NCBI RefSeq assembly: GCF_009914755.1
Contig: NC_060941.1
Source: the human T2T-CHM13v2.0 reference genome, Homo sapiens
Length of the DNA: 64,000 nt
Reading direction: 5' to 3' (one strand)
Part shown: positions 1 to 14,110 of the stretch, piece by piece
How the letters are laid out: every line of letters begins with the position of its first letter
Position numbering within the stretch: position 1 is the stretch's first letter
Notes under the pieces: generated by a model
Seen by the model: only the letters and a program-made list of their open reading frames with translations
Told to the model about the DNA's origin: nothing
The model's database searches: none
Translations under genes and position numbers: made by a program

Positions 1-61
1 GTGGAAAGAGCAAGTGTGCGTGACACAACCGGCACAGTCGGCCTCTTTCTCCACTGGATGG

Positions 62-170
62 GAACTCCCTAAGGCAGAGGGCTTTGTGTTTTGTACATTG
101 TTGTGTCCCCAGCACCTAGAACAGAGCCTGATACATTGTAGGAGCTCAGTAAATATTTATTGGATGAGTT
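62..170 (+). mobile_element. L2 3' end fragment
   Basis: cccagcacctagaacagagcctgatacattgtaggagctcagtaaatatt is the typical L2 terminus. Confidence 0.6.
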
Positions 171-330
171 GTAATATTTATTGTAAATATTAGTAAATAT
201 TTATTGAGTTGAGTTGGTCTTTCCAGTGAAGTGGTTGCTTCTCTGTGAAGCTCTGTGGGAAACATAAATGGTGGGAGATAGGTTACCTGTCGTTAGGGCT
301 GGCCATATGTGAGCCCTATAACCATTTGGT

Positions 331-364
331 ATTCATTCATTCATTCATTCATTCATTCATTCAT
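331..364 (+). repeat. (TTCA)n microsatellite (L2-tail derived)
   Basis: About 8 ATTC units. Confidence 0.85.
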
Positions 365-405
365 GGAATATTTGCCCAGCTTCTATTCTGTAATATATTG
401 TATTA

Positions 406-752
<347 letters not shown>

Positions 753-3700
753 AAATATTTCTTTAATACCCATCATGAGCCAGGCTCTGGGGGATACCAT
801 GGTGCCTCAGGCTGGAAACACCTTCTTTGGTAGAAGACACAGACTGTCTAAGCCACAGACGGGGGCGCGTCGGTCTCTCTCTGGAAGTGGAGATGCTGGG
901 AAAGGCTTTGCAGAGGAAGGCACATTTGGGCTGCATCCTGACAGCAGGGCAGGCGTTCGTCAGGCTGGGGAGGTGTGGGGCAGCACCGGAGCAGAGTGTC
1001 AGTGTGTGTCATGGCTTGGTTTCCCTCAGAGGCCTGCTGGGGCCACCTTTTAGCTACACTCTTCACACCTCATTTTCCCACTTCCCAGACCCTCTGAACA
1101 TGTCCTTCTCTCTTACTGGTTGCTCCCAGTTTTGCTCATCCCAGGGCCTTGCACCATGTGTAGCACAAAGATTCATTACGATCAATACCAGTTAGTCTAG
1201 GAACTGTTCTCAGAGCTCGGTGACATCCCTGGTGTGGGTGCAGCTGGGGACAGCAGCGGGACTTTGACTCCCATTTCCTCTCATGAGCTCCTTGGCCTGG
1301 CTCCCCTGGGAACTTGTTGTGAGAGGAGGATCACAACAAGGCTGGGCAGGATGAGGGCATCCCTGGGTTCTCTGTGCCATTGAAATACAACACGGCCCCT
1401 GCCGCAGGTGAGTGGATAGTGGGCCCATGTGGTTTAGCATAACCCAGAGCCAATGTCCTCAACAGGGCTGCCGATATGGTAGTGCTCACCCTTCACCTGG
1501 AGGCGGCTATGCTCCAGGGCACAATTTGACACACTTTAACAGGACAGCGTGTTGGTGCATTGGACTAGAGGGCCTTTAAGATCTCTTCCAACTGCACGCT
1601 TCATTCTGATCCAGTGATTCTTTCTGGCCTTGAGCTGGGAACATCAGAACCCAGTCCCGTGGTGGCTGCCAGAAGATACTGTTAAAATGCAACTAGAAGA
1701 ATGTTGTTTTGGTTCTTTCACACATCAGCTGCTAATCTTTGTAGGATTTTCCCCTTCCCAGGGTTAAGAGAGAGAAGAGGAAGTGAAAACAGGAGGGGAG
1801 AATTTTCTTAAAGCACCTCTTGCCTTGTAGACAACAACCAAAAACCCCCTAGGGTTTGAACAGTGCTGTGTACTTTTTTTTTTTTTTGTAGCTTGTTCCC
1901 ATCTACAGCCTGCCTCATTTGGTTCTCAGAGCTCCCCCAGGTGGGAGGCAGAATTCTGAACTGCCCCAATTCCACTCTTATTTGCAGACAGGGGGCATTC
2001 CTGGGGCTGGAGGGAAGGGCTGAGGACTGGCTCTTCTGGCAGAAGGAGGTATTTTACAGTCATTCTGGAGAGGCACTGGGGGTTTCTGAGTTTCTTCATG
2101 AAAGCTGGGCAGAGCCTTCTCTACACCTGGTGGAGAAAGGTCTGTGTGAACAGGGATTAAGCTGACTGTCCTCTGGGTGGAGCCCTTCGGCCATGGAAGG
2201 CGGAGGAGCTGGACTTCCGAGCACCGATTCAGCATCTGCTGATCTCTCCCAACCACCAGCCTCTCCTGGCTATTGGAGATCTCCGACTCCAAGGCCCAAG
2301 CCCTCCCAGTTGAGAGCTCCCAAGTGCAGTATCTACTGCCAAGACAGGGGTATCTTCCCCAGAGTCCAGTAGGCATGTTTCCAAATTTTCTTGTTGTTTA
2401 ACAGATTTCATTGACAACTCAAAACATGCAGCTGGCTAGTGGGAAGCAGGGAGAATCTGGAGGCAAATGAGATGGAGCCCTCGTTCTCCAAGAGGTGGCT
2501 GTTCTCCTGATGCAGACAGACATGGACACAAACACAGTGTGAGGATGGAATGGAAGCGTGGTGGGGAGGGGAGGAGAGGGAGCGCTACACAGGACCAAGG
2601 CAGCCTCACCATTGCACGTTGGAGCCCTGATGCCCAGTCCCAGGGCATAGTCTCCCAATCCAGGGCCCCCTGCTCTGGTGACCTCATGCTCTGCACTAAA
2701 AATCAGCAACACACAACCGGGCAAGTGTGAAGGTCCAAGGCGCCAGGGGGCCAGTGTATTTGAAATAGAGATGGTCCCAGAAATTCAGGTCCCTGTTCCC
2801 ATCGCCCTTTGGGAAAGGCGGTAGTGTGGCTCAGTTGAACTGAGAACAGAAAGGGGACTTGCTGGGAAGGGAGATTAGGTGGTCCTCTCCTGCCTCCTGG
2901 GAGTTTTGGCTGGGGATTGGGAAACTGGGACTGGAAGAGAAGCTGGGGATCAGGGATGTCAGGAGAGAAGGGGCAGTCTTCACTTTGTTTGGCAGAGATC
3001 AAGCGCAGGGCCATTTGGCATGCCAGCAGGGCTGAAAATGAGCCACTGTAGGACCTGGGTACACAGGGCCCCTCTCCCCCTCATGCACTCCGAGGCCCAT
3101 TCTTATGCCTCTCAGACAAGTATGGTGAGTTGATCCTAGATTCAGTCTGGGTTGGGGATCAGAGCCCTGAGCCTCTCCCAGCCTGCACTGGCCAGCCCCT
3201 CCTGTCCTTCTGGCTAGTCTCTGCTCCTTCCCATCTCTGCCCTGGACTTTCCCCATAGAGCCTTCACTCCCTCATGCAATCCCCTTCTCTCCACTTCCGC
3301 TGCCCTCTCCCAACTGCTCAGAAGCTGTGCTTCCATGAGGCCTTCCCTTAGGAGTGCCTGTCTTCCCTTTCTGAGCTCCCCTGGTTCAGGGGGCCATGCA
3401 TATGACAACTGCCAGAGGGTTTTGGTTCATTTCTTTGTTCTGTCTCCAAGGTTCTGACTCCTTGGGGCTGAACCCAGGTCTCCTTCACCTCTGAGTTTCC
3501 CCCATCACTTGGCTCTTCATTAAGCCATCAGTAAGTACTGCATGAGCAAAAGGACAAGATTTATCATTGGATCTCAGAGGATGGCCTCTGTCTACCATCT
3601 TATTTTCTGAAGAAGTGGCTGTTTGCTTTCCAGGAAGAGGCCGGGGAGAGAGCTGGAAGGAGGGTCCATAGCAGATTTCTCCCAGGAATCTGGAAGAGCT

Positions 3701-4671
3701 GAAGTCTCATGAGGATCAGGACTGTGGGCTCAGGGGGCACCTAGCCGGGCGCTTGGGAACGACAGACCAGTTTGCTGGTTTAGGCAGGAGAAAGGGGGTA
3801 GAAATCTTGTTAATTTCTGGCAGTGTAGAAATCTACCCAGTCTACCAGTTTGGGAGAGGGTTGGTTTTCAGGGTGAGGCCAGAAGAAATTCCACACAGAT
3901 GTATTCCAGCTCCTTCTTTCTGGGGGTACAGAGTAGGGTGAGCTATAAAGAGTGAAGGGATGGGACCACCTCCAAGAGCAGCCACCTCTGACCCAAGAAC
4001 CATGTTTCCAAATGGACAGAGTTGATTTAACAACGACTCAAATATCCTACAAGTTAATACCTACTTCTTTCTCCTCAATCAAGGCCCAGTCATCCCTGGG
4101 GAGAAGCCTTGAGTGCTGGGCTGGGCCCTGGGTGGGGAATTTAATGTGCTGTCATTTTACTGACATCTGTAGAGGTTTGAAACTGGACAAACAGGAAGTG
4201 TCCTGTCTTTAACACTTGCACAATCTCAAGCCTTTTGTGAAATATCAAGGAGTGGAGGTCGCAGGGGCCCGTGGTGTGAGGTGCTGTGAGGTAGCCCTGG
4301 ACCTGTCTCTGATCCTGAGAGCTGGGCCCTCTGCAGCTGAGAACGTGCCCTGCAGCCGCTTTCCCTCCTTAGCCGTCGTGCACAACCTGTGCTGTGAGAC
4401 GCTGCTGCTTGCCTGGCACTGCTGTTGAATCAGTCTCCATCTCCTCATTTTGATGGCAGCCTGGGTTTGTTATCCTTCAAAGATCGTCTCTTGGAAGGAC
4501 ACCAGCCTCTGATTACATTTCCGAGCCTGCCTGGAGGCAGCTAAGCTAATCCGACACGATTTGGGTGGATTCCCTTCTGGCCTCATGTTCTGACACAACC
4601 TCTGGCAGCAGTAGGGTGGGAAGATGGACAAAATAATTACGCCCTATGAGTTGAAAGGAGAATTAAAATTA

Positions 4672-4992
<321 letters not shown>

Positions 4993-5950
4993 TTTCTTTA
5001 TGAGTACCTAGTAGCAGATAATTCAGGGCTGTTCTCTATTCCTTTTGTAACAGGTCTAATTTATGGCAGTAATTTTTTTAAAAAACTATTTTTTTCAGTA
5101 GAATTTTGTACATATGACTTCTATAACATTTAGGACATTTATCCTTGCTTATTATAAAAATGATTTAATTGTAGTAAACCCGGTTTTGAAAAGAGAAGAA
5201 TAAGAGATCGCCCATAATCTTAACACTGAACACACCGGATCCAGTTTGTTTTCCCAACCAGTCTTCATCTGATAGCGTGTTTAATTGCATGATCCTAATA
5301 TACATTTACTTTTTGAAGAAACCTAGTTTGCACGGTCCCATGTGGCTACATAATCTTTCTCATCATCGTTAAGGCACAAAATACCTTTAGGATCATAATT
5401 TACTCAGCCAACTTCCTGCAGCTGAAAATTTAATTATTTCTTTTACCTTTCAAACCAATGTGTTTGCTTGTCTTTTCTGGACTCTGCCCTGGGGCCCCGG
5501 CAGAGAGGAGGTGGAGCCGTGGAACAGGGTTAGACCCAACTCATCTTCACGTCCTGCCCCTCAGCCCGGCCCTTGGCCCGACCCCTGCCAAATGGCTCCG
5601 GCTGTGTTCAGGTGCCTGCGGAAAGGCGCTCCTACCTGTCAGCAGTGTAAGGGCATTTCCAGGTCACATCTGTCAAGGACTTTCATTCATGGAGCACTTG
5701 CCCACTGGACACTTGCCACTTGTGTAGACACCTCCTCTAGCAGGGACCATGCCATACTGCATCTTTTATTACTGGTGCCAAGGAGGGTTCCTGGCATATA
5801 AAAAGTGCTCAGCAGTTGTTTGTTGAGTGAATGAAAGTTAAGAGTGATTGACAACTCACGAGGAATCCTGTAAGTCACCAGGCTCTTGCCCAGCTTGGGC
5901 TGCAGAATCGGACACTGTGCTGCTTCACAGGCCTTGGGGACTTTGACTAA

Positions 5951-6330
<380 letters not shown>

Positions 6331-6472
6331 CCCCTTTTTTATTTATTAGGGTGATCAGCTTGTTTCCGTTTTCCCGGGACTTGCCTGGTTTTATCACTGA
6401 ATGTCCTTCCTCAGTCCCAGGTAAGCGGGGACAGAGTTCTCCTAGTTCTCGGCATCCAGTGCTTAACAAGCT

Positions 6473-6486
6473 CCTGTAGAGGGCGC
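6473..6486 (+). promoter_or_regulatory. Candidate CTCF site CCTGTAGAGGGCGC
   Basis: One mismatch to core CCASYAGRKGGCRS. Confidence 0.55.
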
Positions 6487-6924
6487 TGGAGGAAAAGCTC
6501 AGGAGGCAGGTGCCGGATGGATTGAGCAGTTGCTGTCCCAGGTGGAAGATATCATGTCACCCGGACACCATCGCCCGGAAAATATCACGTCACCTGGACA
6601 CCATCAGACTCAGGAGCGGGTTAGAAAACAACCGATCTCCTTAACCCTCCCCCAGGAAACGCTTGTGTCAGGAAACTGATGCTTATTGGCCAAGAGGGAG
6701 TGACCGTGTCAGACAAGTCTCTGTTTCTTCATCCTGAGAAAGCAAATCATGTATAAATGAATTGTGGTTGTTTCAGGCTGTCAAACTCCAAATGTGTTCT
6801 GGCTGCAACTACCCTGACAGCAGGATGCTCCAGTTGCATTGACCTAGAACAATCTAGGACAGAGAAAAAAAAAATCGCTTTGATTTTGTTGGGGAGGACA
6901 CATTTTTTAATTCTGTCTTTCCAG

Positions 6925-7325
6925 GTTCTTGGCAGGATCTCTGTAACAAAAGTCAGGCTAGAAAGAGAGAAGCATATATATTTATTTAATACACGTTTTA
7001 TGTGATACAGGGGCTTTTGTAAGGAAATGAAGACCCAAAGAAATGTTTAAACCTGAGTGTTTTTATACGGGGTTTGATGAAGAGTGGAAAGTCATGGAAG
7101 AATATGATAGGACAGAGGGGATGAGCTGAGGGTGGGAAAGCGGGGGGAAGCTCAGCAAGGCCTGTTTGCCCAGTTTCTCTTCTTCGCAGATAAAAATGCG
7201 CTCTTCCCCTGAGTATAGGGAGGGCACCTGTCACCTGAGGTTCTTATGACCTGCTTCAAGGGAAGTTCAGAAATTGGTTCAGCTTAAAACATCCACTATT
7301 TTCAAGGTGCCATATTTTGGGCCTG
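6925..7325 (-). mobile_element. ERV1-class solo LTR fragment (MER4-group-like)
   Basis: tttatttaat...gaagacccaaag...aaggtgccatattttggg pattern; subfamily not resolved. Confidence 0.5.
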
Positions 7326-7864
7326 AATCCCATCCATTTTTTTTCAAGTGTGTCTATCCTGACACACATTTTTTTTCAAGTGTGTCTAAAACTGTCCATT
7401 TTCCCCTGGTTTATGTAGACCTATCCAATTCCCTTGGGAAACTCAGTGGGAAACATGAAATTTACTTTCGAAGTGGGTGGTGATAATGAAAAATTAATCT
7501 TGCTACGATTCTGGTAAGAGACCAGACCCACACAGACCCTACTTTGGGCATTACCTGGCTGAAGCCAGCAGCAAGGCAGCGCACCCTTCTGACACGCACA
7601 GGTTGCCAGGGGCTCCACATGCATCAGCCCCCTGCTTTGGTGCATCACATATATTGCTGTTGATGTGTTCAACTCTGTTGCAAAGTGTTTGGAACAGATA
7701 ACATCACAGTCGGATCATTTATCAATTCTTTCACTCGCCCACCTTTTGTTGTTGAACCACATACTTTGGGTAATAACTACAGTTTATTAGGTATGCTGTG
7801 AACACTGTTTTTAAGGAGTGCCTGGCTGAAAACACCCACAAAATGATTTAAAAACACAAAGCTA

Positions 7865-8165
<301 letters not shown>

Positions 8166-8469
8166 CCCTCCGAAACCCACAGAGCTAGTATTTACAACTT
8201 GGAATGTCATCATTGTGAATGTTTCCATCTGCACAAATATCTGGAAAACGACTATTAGGATACCAGCCTTTATTACTGCTCTATTAAGAGAAGCCATTTG
8301 CTCCTAAGCCCTTCGCTCTCTTAAAAAAATCATTTTAAGAACTGGAGTGGTTATGAGAAAAGCACCGGTGCTTTTAAAGATTTGCAGAAGGGGGAAAGGT
8401 CACTTGGCTGTCAGTTTGAGTTTTTATCTCATAGATGGGGTACCTATCACTCACAGAACTGGAGTCGGA

Positions 8470-8830
8470 TAGACCTGAGTGGGAATCCTGTCTCCATCAT
8501 AAATTAACTGTGTGATCTTGGACAAGTTATTTAACTTTTCTAAACCTCAGTTTCTCCATCTTTAAAACAGAGATGATATTCATAATATGTCATTAAAAAG
8601 TATAACATTAGAATGTGTCGCACACTGAAGAACGTCCAACTCTTGGCAAAGTTCAGTCCAACTAGGCTTGAACATGTTTTTAAAAATATCCTGAGGCTCT
8701 GCTCTCCCCGGAAGAAGCTGTAAAGAACAATTCCAGCCCTGGCACTGAGACAATTGGATCTTAGATGAGTCATTCACTTCTCTTTTTTGGGGCCTCAGTT
8801 TCCCCTTTGGTAAAATGAAGAGATTAAACC
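8470..8830 (+). mobile_element. MIR fragments (8470-8580, 8750-8830)
   Basis: ctgtgtgatcttggacaagtt...cctcagtttctccatc core. Confidence 0.65.
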
Positions 8831-9999
8831 AAATCAGTGATTCTCCAAACTTTGCTAGTCTGCTAGGCTTCTCCTTAGTAGCCTCTAATTCAGTAGTCTT
8901 GGGTGGGGTTCAGACAGCTTCCCTAGGAGATTCTGTGCTCAATCTGAGAGCCACCCACCTAAGAACCACAACCACAGCCACCTAGACTCTGACTGACATT
9001 TGATGGCTTCAAGGAGGTATTTTAAAGCTATTGTCCCAGAATACGTGGTGTGTTTTTTGAGGAGGAGGAAGATCTATCCACGGCACACATCAGGAAGAGG
9101 TGGTTAAAGGTCAGAGAGTTATTCTGCAGAAAATCCATCTGATTTGGTACTTCCTGAAATTTTTGACACCCAACCAGGGATGTCTTTTAAAAGGTTCCCC
9201 ACTGCTCACAGATTGACAGGAAACCACAACAGGGGTAAAATGCACGCATAACACAGCATACATCAGACATGAGGGTAGTTCTCTATATAGCACAGTATTT
9301 TTTATTATTGTAGGCTTACAAATGATTTAAGTCTGTGTGTTTGTGTGTGTGTGTGTACTTTTTCATTTTGGTGGTATGGAAAGCTTTGGAGGGAAGAAGG
9401 AAAGGATTCCACAAGGAATAGTTTTTCCATATACATCTCCCATTGCAAGAACACTGATCTCCGAGTGGATTCTTTTGTCTTGAGTCTTTTGAATTATTGA
9501 TCCACAATGATGAAATCCCTAGCACAGATGTTCAATCTTGATGTCATTTAATATCTCGTACAACAGCCTGAGGCTAATTTTCCTCTCTCCAGGAAAAATG
9601 GTTTGTAAGAGTTGATTGATCAACTCAAGCCCAAGATCACAAATATAAACTTCATTGGTAAAGTGATCTACTCTAATATTATCTTCAGGGATTAGAAAAT
9701 AAAAAGTATAAAAAGTGCATGAGCATACAGTAAGTGCTCAACAAATGTTGGCTTTTATTATTATTAGGTGATCATGGAATTAACTTTCACTAATTTGCCC
9801 TTGAGTTATAAGCCGCTGTTGACCCGGGGATAGTTTCTAAAAAGACAAATCTCCTGCAACTGCAGGTAGCAGAAGATAGACCTTCCCATTAGTGCTGTCT
9901 TCTCCTAAGCGTGTTATCCAGACCACCATGTGGGATCCTTGGGATGATTTTGGGTAGTACACAGACCATTTAAATAATGTTCTTTGAAAAAAAAAAACT

Positions 10000-10108
10000 T
10001 TATTTAAAAAATAGAGACAGGGTCTTGCTATGTTGCCCAGGCTGGTCTTGAACTTCTGAACACAAGCGATCCTCCTGCCTTGGCCTCCCAAAGTGCTGAG
10101 ACTTGGCC
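10000..10108 (-). mobile_element. Alu monomer (FLAM-like)
   Basis: Single left-arm Alu. Confidence 0.8.
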
Positions 10109-11356
10109 TTAAATAATACTCTTTTAAATAGTACGTATTTAGGCCTAAAGAGAACTACTAAAATATTTGCGTTAAGGTTATTTTCTTTTTTGACAAAAGA
10201 CAATGGTTTTAACATTTATGCTGATATACAGTTTCCCTTTAAAATAAATCATTCAAGTGGAAGAAGCTGATTCAAAGAAAGCTGCTAAGTAATAATAGCA
10301 CAAGTTGTACCCAGAAATGGTAAAAATTGTGATGGTGGCATGCAAATGACCGAGTTTGAGAAGTACTAGATCAGTGAACTGAACCTGTGTGCTCCCCGTT
10401 GGGCTACATCTGAAAACATTCGTCAACACTCATTTCATGGAGCTTGAATCCGTAGTACAGTTACAAAACTTCTGTGCTGTACAGGACCTTGAGGTCATCG
10501 TGGGACCACCCCTGTATTTTAGGCAGATGGTTTCCATGATCTGGAGATGTTGTGTCTCAAGTGCAATACACTGGGGAGGAAACACGACTTTACCAGATTA
10601 GAGAAAACCATGTTTGAAAAGAGACAGTCCTTCTATCCCAGGAGAGACACATTGGAGGGGAGACGACAGGACAATGAGAATGTAAACTATCTACGTTCCA
10701 AATTTTTCTGTACATTAAAAAAATTAAAAATTCTAAAAAAGAAAACGGAAATTGTCTTCTGAAAGGATCTCAAGGAGCACATGTCTTGAAATACCTGAAG
10801 ATCTTTTACTTGGAAGGTGATGACATGTACTCTAATTGACTTCAAGTTGTGTAAGAGGGAGGCTGAAATTATAGGAAGACAGATTTTTAGTTCAGTGAGA
10901 GGAAATACCTTTAGTGAACTAAAGAAGGAATGAGCTATCTTAAGACATGATGGGCTCCCCAAGACTAGAAGTATTTATTTAAACAGAGCCATGACGACCT
11001 TAGGGGACCTGGGACCAAGTGCTAGACGGGTGTGGAGGTGGCTGACCGAGGGTCCTTGCTGCCCCTTAAAGTCAAGGAGTTTAAGGCAGCCTTTCCTTTC
11101 TTTCAAGTGGCTCCTCAAAGGGAGCCATTATCTGCAGCTACTGTCTCAGTTTTATGTAAAGAGTATTTATCATTTGGGAATTTCCCCTCCCCATATAATA
11201 CTTTTGACTCCTGAATGCATGCAAAAGAGCTGTAAGAAACTTTCTGGTGCTAAATGAGAAAATGTGTGAACATAAATGAGCTAGTTTAACTAAAAGTTCA
11301 CCAAAATGTATTTTAAACATCAGGCTCTTAAAAACTCAATAGTTTGAAATTTGCAT

Positions 11357-11362
11357 TTTAAT
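11357..11362 (-). terminator. Distal poly(A) signal ATTAAA of SMARCE1
   Basis: tttaat on plus strand; U/GU-rich sequence downstream on minus strand. Confidence 0.5.
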
Positions 11363-12324
11363 CAGCGTTTGGCTAACAATATGAGATAAACTATTAGAGA
11401 AGTGTAGGTCATTCTGGCAAATAGAAAGTTCCATCATTTCACACTTAGAAAGCTGCCACGAAGAGCTTATTCTTGGAGTATAAAATGCAGAATTTAGGTT
11501 AAGCCAGTCATTTTGTAGATGAAATTGTACACTGGCAATTTCTTATGGTTCAACCTAATAGTAAAACATTTATAAACAATTGTATCATTACAAATACATT
11601 TAGACATCGTTTTCTGCTAAACTCAGTATTTTCCTTTCCATCCTGATCAAAGAAACATTATTGCAGTAAGCCACATTATAATTCAGCACGATTTCTTCTA
11701 AAAAGGCTCCGAGTTCCTTTGAGCTTGTTATTGTACAGTGGATTTTTCATTTGCAAAGACGTTAAGCCCTCCAAATGTGCAAATCATGAAGTCAGTTGTT
11801 GTTCCAGCAAGGTTTGCCCAGCGGTAAAAAACAAGATAAAACTAATGCACTAGCTGAAACCAGGTGGGGAGACCATGTGTGGTAGTGCTTGGGGGTGGAG
11901 GGAAACTATTTCTGAAATGAGGACTTAAAGTATAATACCAGCTTCACTGCCTGTTCACGAGAAACCAAAGCTTCAATTTAACTGCAGGCAATAGGAGTTT
12001 CACACTGTCAGCACCAACTGTCTAAAATCCAAAACTAGTATCTAAATGTGTAGGATCAAAACCAAAAATCTGGAGGGATCTAGTTAAACTTCAATATGCA
12101 TGACCCCAGATTCCCCTTTAAAATATAGTCCAAGTATTTTATCTTTTCCATAGGGCATTGACATTATTGTGTTAATGTGAAATAGCTATTTACCTCTCCA
12201 AACCTCGGCTTTATAGAATAGATAATTATCACATCCTGTAGGAGAGCCATTTGAAAAGACAGCCTTGTTTACAGACAGGAGAAGTTACAGAATTTAAAAC
12301 TGTTAGAAAATTGGGGGACTATGG

Positions 12325-12610
<286 letters not shown>

Positions 12611-12967
12611 GAAAATTGGGTGACTATCGAGGATTCCCCTCTCCCATTTGTTAAAAAAAATTAACAAAATTTAGGCCCTCAGACTTTATGCATTCATACT
12701 CAAAATAAATGCACTAAAAATCAAGGAGCAGTAAGGGCACCAAGAAAGAGCAGTTTGATCTATTTTATAATTAAAACAGGCTCGAGTTCAAGCTACTTGC
12801 CCAGCACCTTTTGGGACATGGGAAAAAAACAAAGACCTCTACCATATCCCACATTCTCTAAACTGAGAACCATCTCAAACATCAAGTCTACATATATCAC
12901 TCTGACCAAGTGGATTTTTACATCAATCTTCCCCTGCTGAGGTTCAGAGCTGTCAAATCCCAACTGA

Positions 12968-13250
12968 GGCCGGGCACAGTGGCTCACGCCTGTAATCCCA
13001 GCACTTTGGGAGACTGAGGCAGGCGGATCACCTGAGGTCACGAGTTCAAGATCAGCCTGGCTAACATGGTGAAACCCCATCTCTACTAAAAAATACAAAA
13101 ATTAACCGGGCATGGTGGCGAGAGCCTGTAATCCCAGCTGCTCTAGAGGCTGAGGCAGAGAGAATTGCTTGAACCTGGGAGGTGGAGGTTGCAGTGAGCT
13201 GAGATCGCCACCACTGCACTCCAACCTGGGCGACAGATTGAGACGTCTCC
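12968..13250 (+). mobile_element. Alu (S-like) lacking a poly(A) tail
   Basis: Alu consensus ending gagacgtctc with no A run. Confidence 0.9.
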
Positions 13251-14104
13251 CATCTGACTTAATTCCCTCATCAACTGATTGCCAGTGTTGTATGGACAGG
13301 CTTGGTCTGGATAGACTTGTCTTCCCACTGCTATTTCCAGCCGGGCAAAAGAACCACTTCCATTCTCTTAGAGCTTTCGATACCACAGTAAATAACCTGG
13401 TATCTTGCTGGGGCAGTTTTCCACCCATATTAAACTACATCTGCCCCATTTTGACTACTAGAAAATGTATCAAAGAGGCTGTCCAATTTGTCTGAGATGA
13501 GATGGCTGAAGTTCTTAGCCAAATAATGGCCAAAGCTCAAAACAGATCTATTTGATACAAATTCGTTCTTTGACACACAAGGAAACAGATGTCAAGAGTT
13601 GTTTCCACCCAGTATCAAGCTTCCTCCCCTCCTCTCTCAGGAGGCTGAACACACATTCCTAGTCACTAATGTGCTATGAACTGAATAGCAGTGAATCCAC
13701 TTAAATTAACTCATGCTGGTACAGAGTCCTCTCCATATAGGCACAGGACTTAACATTTATCATTTAGCCATTCTTTCAAAGATAATTCAAACGTTACAGA
13801 TTTCTCCATATTCCTGTTAATGTAGAAACATATTCCCTTTACTTTTGGAATCAAAGACCAACTTCCATATGTGACAATGACTATAATGTAAGAAAACTGA
13901 TTTTCACAAGTGTCTTGTACAAATAAGCTACTGCAGCAGTTTATAGAGATAGTTGGGTGAGACAAGGGCCCTGAGTACACAAATTTATAATGGCTGAGTG
14001 GTCATTCCACACTGTCACTGCATTACAGAAAAAAACTGGATGCTTGTCTTGCATACAAATATGTAGTGCATTAAAAACACTGAGACCTTTTTTTCATTTT
14101 TTTT

Positions 14105-14110
14105 TTTATT
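14105..14110 (-). terminator. Proximal poly(A) signal AATAAA of SMARCE1
   Basis: tttatt on plus strand; sits in an A-rich run, so internal priming is also possible. Confidence 0.55.
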
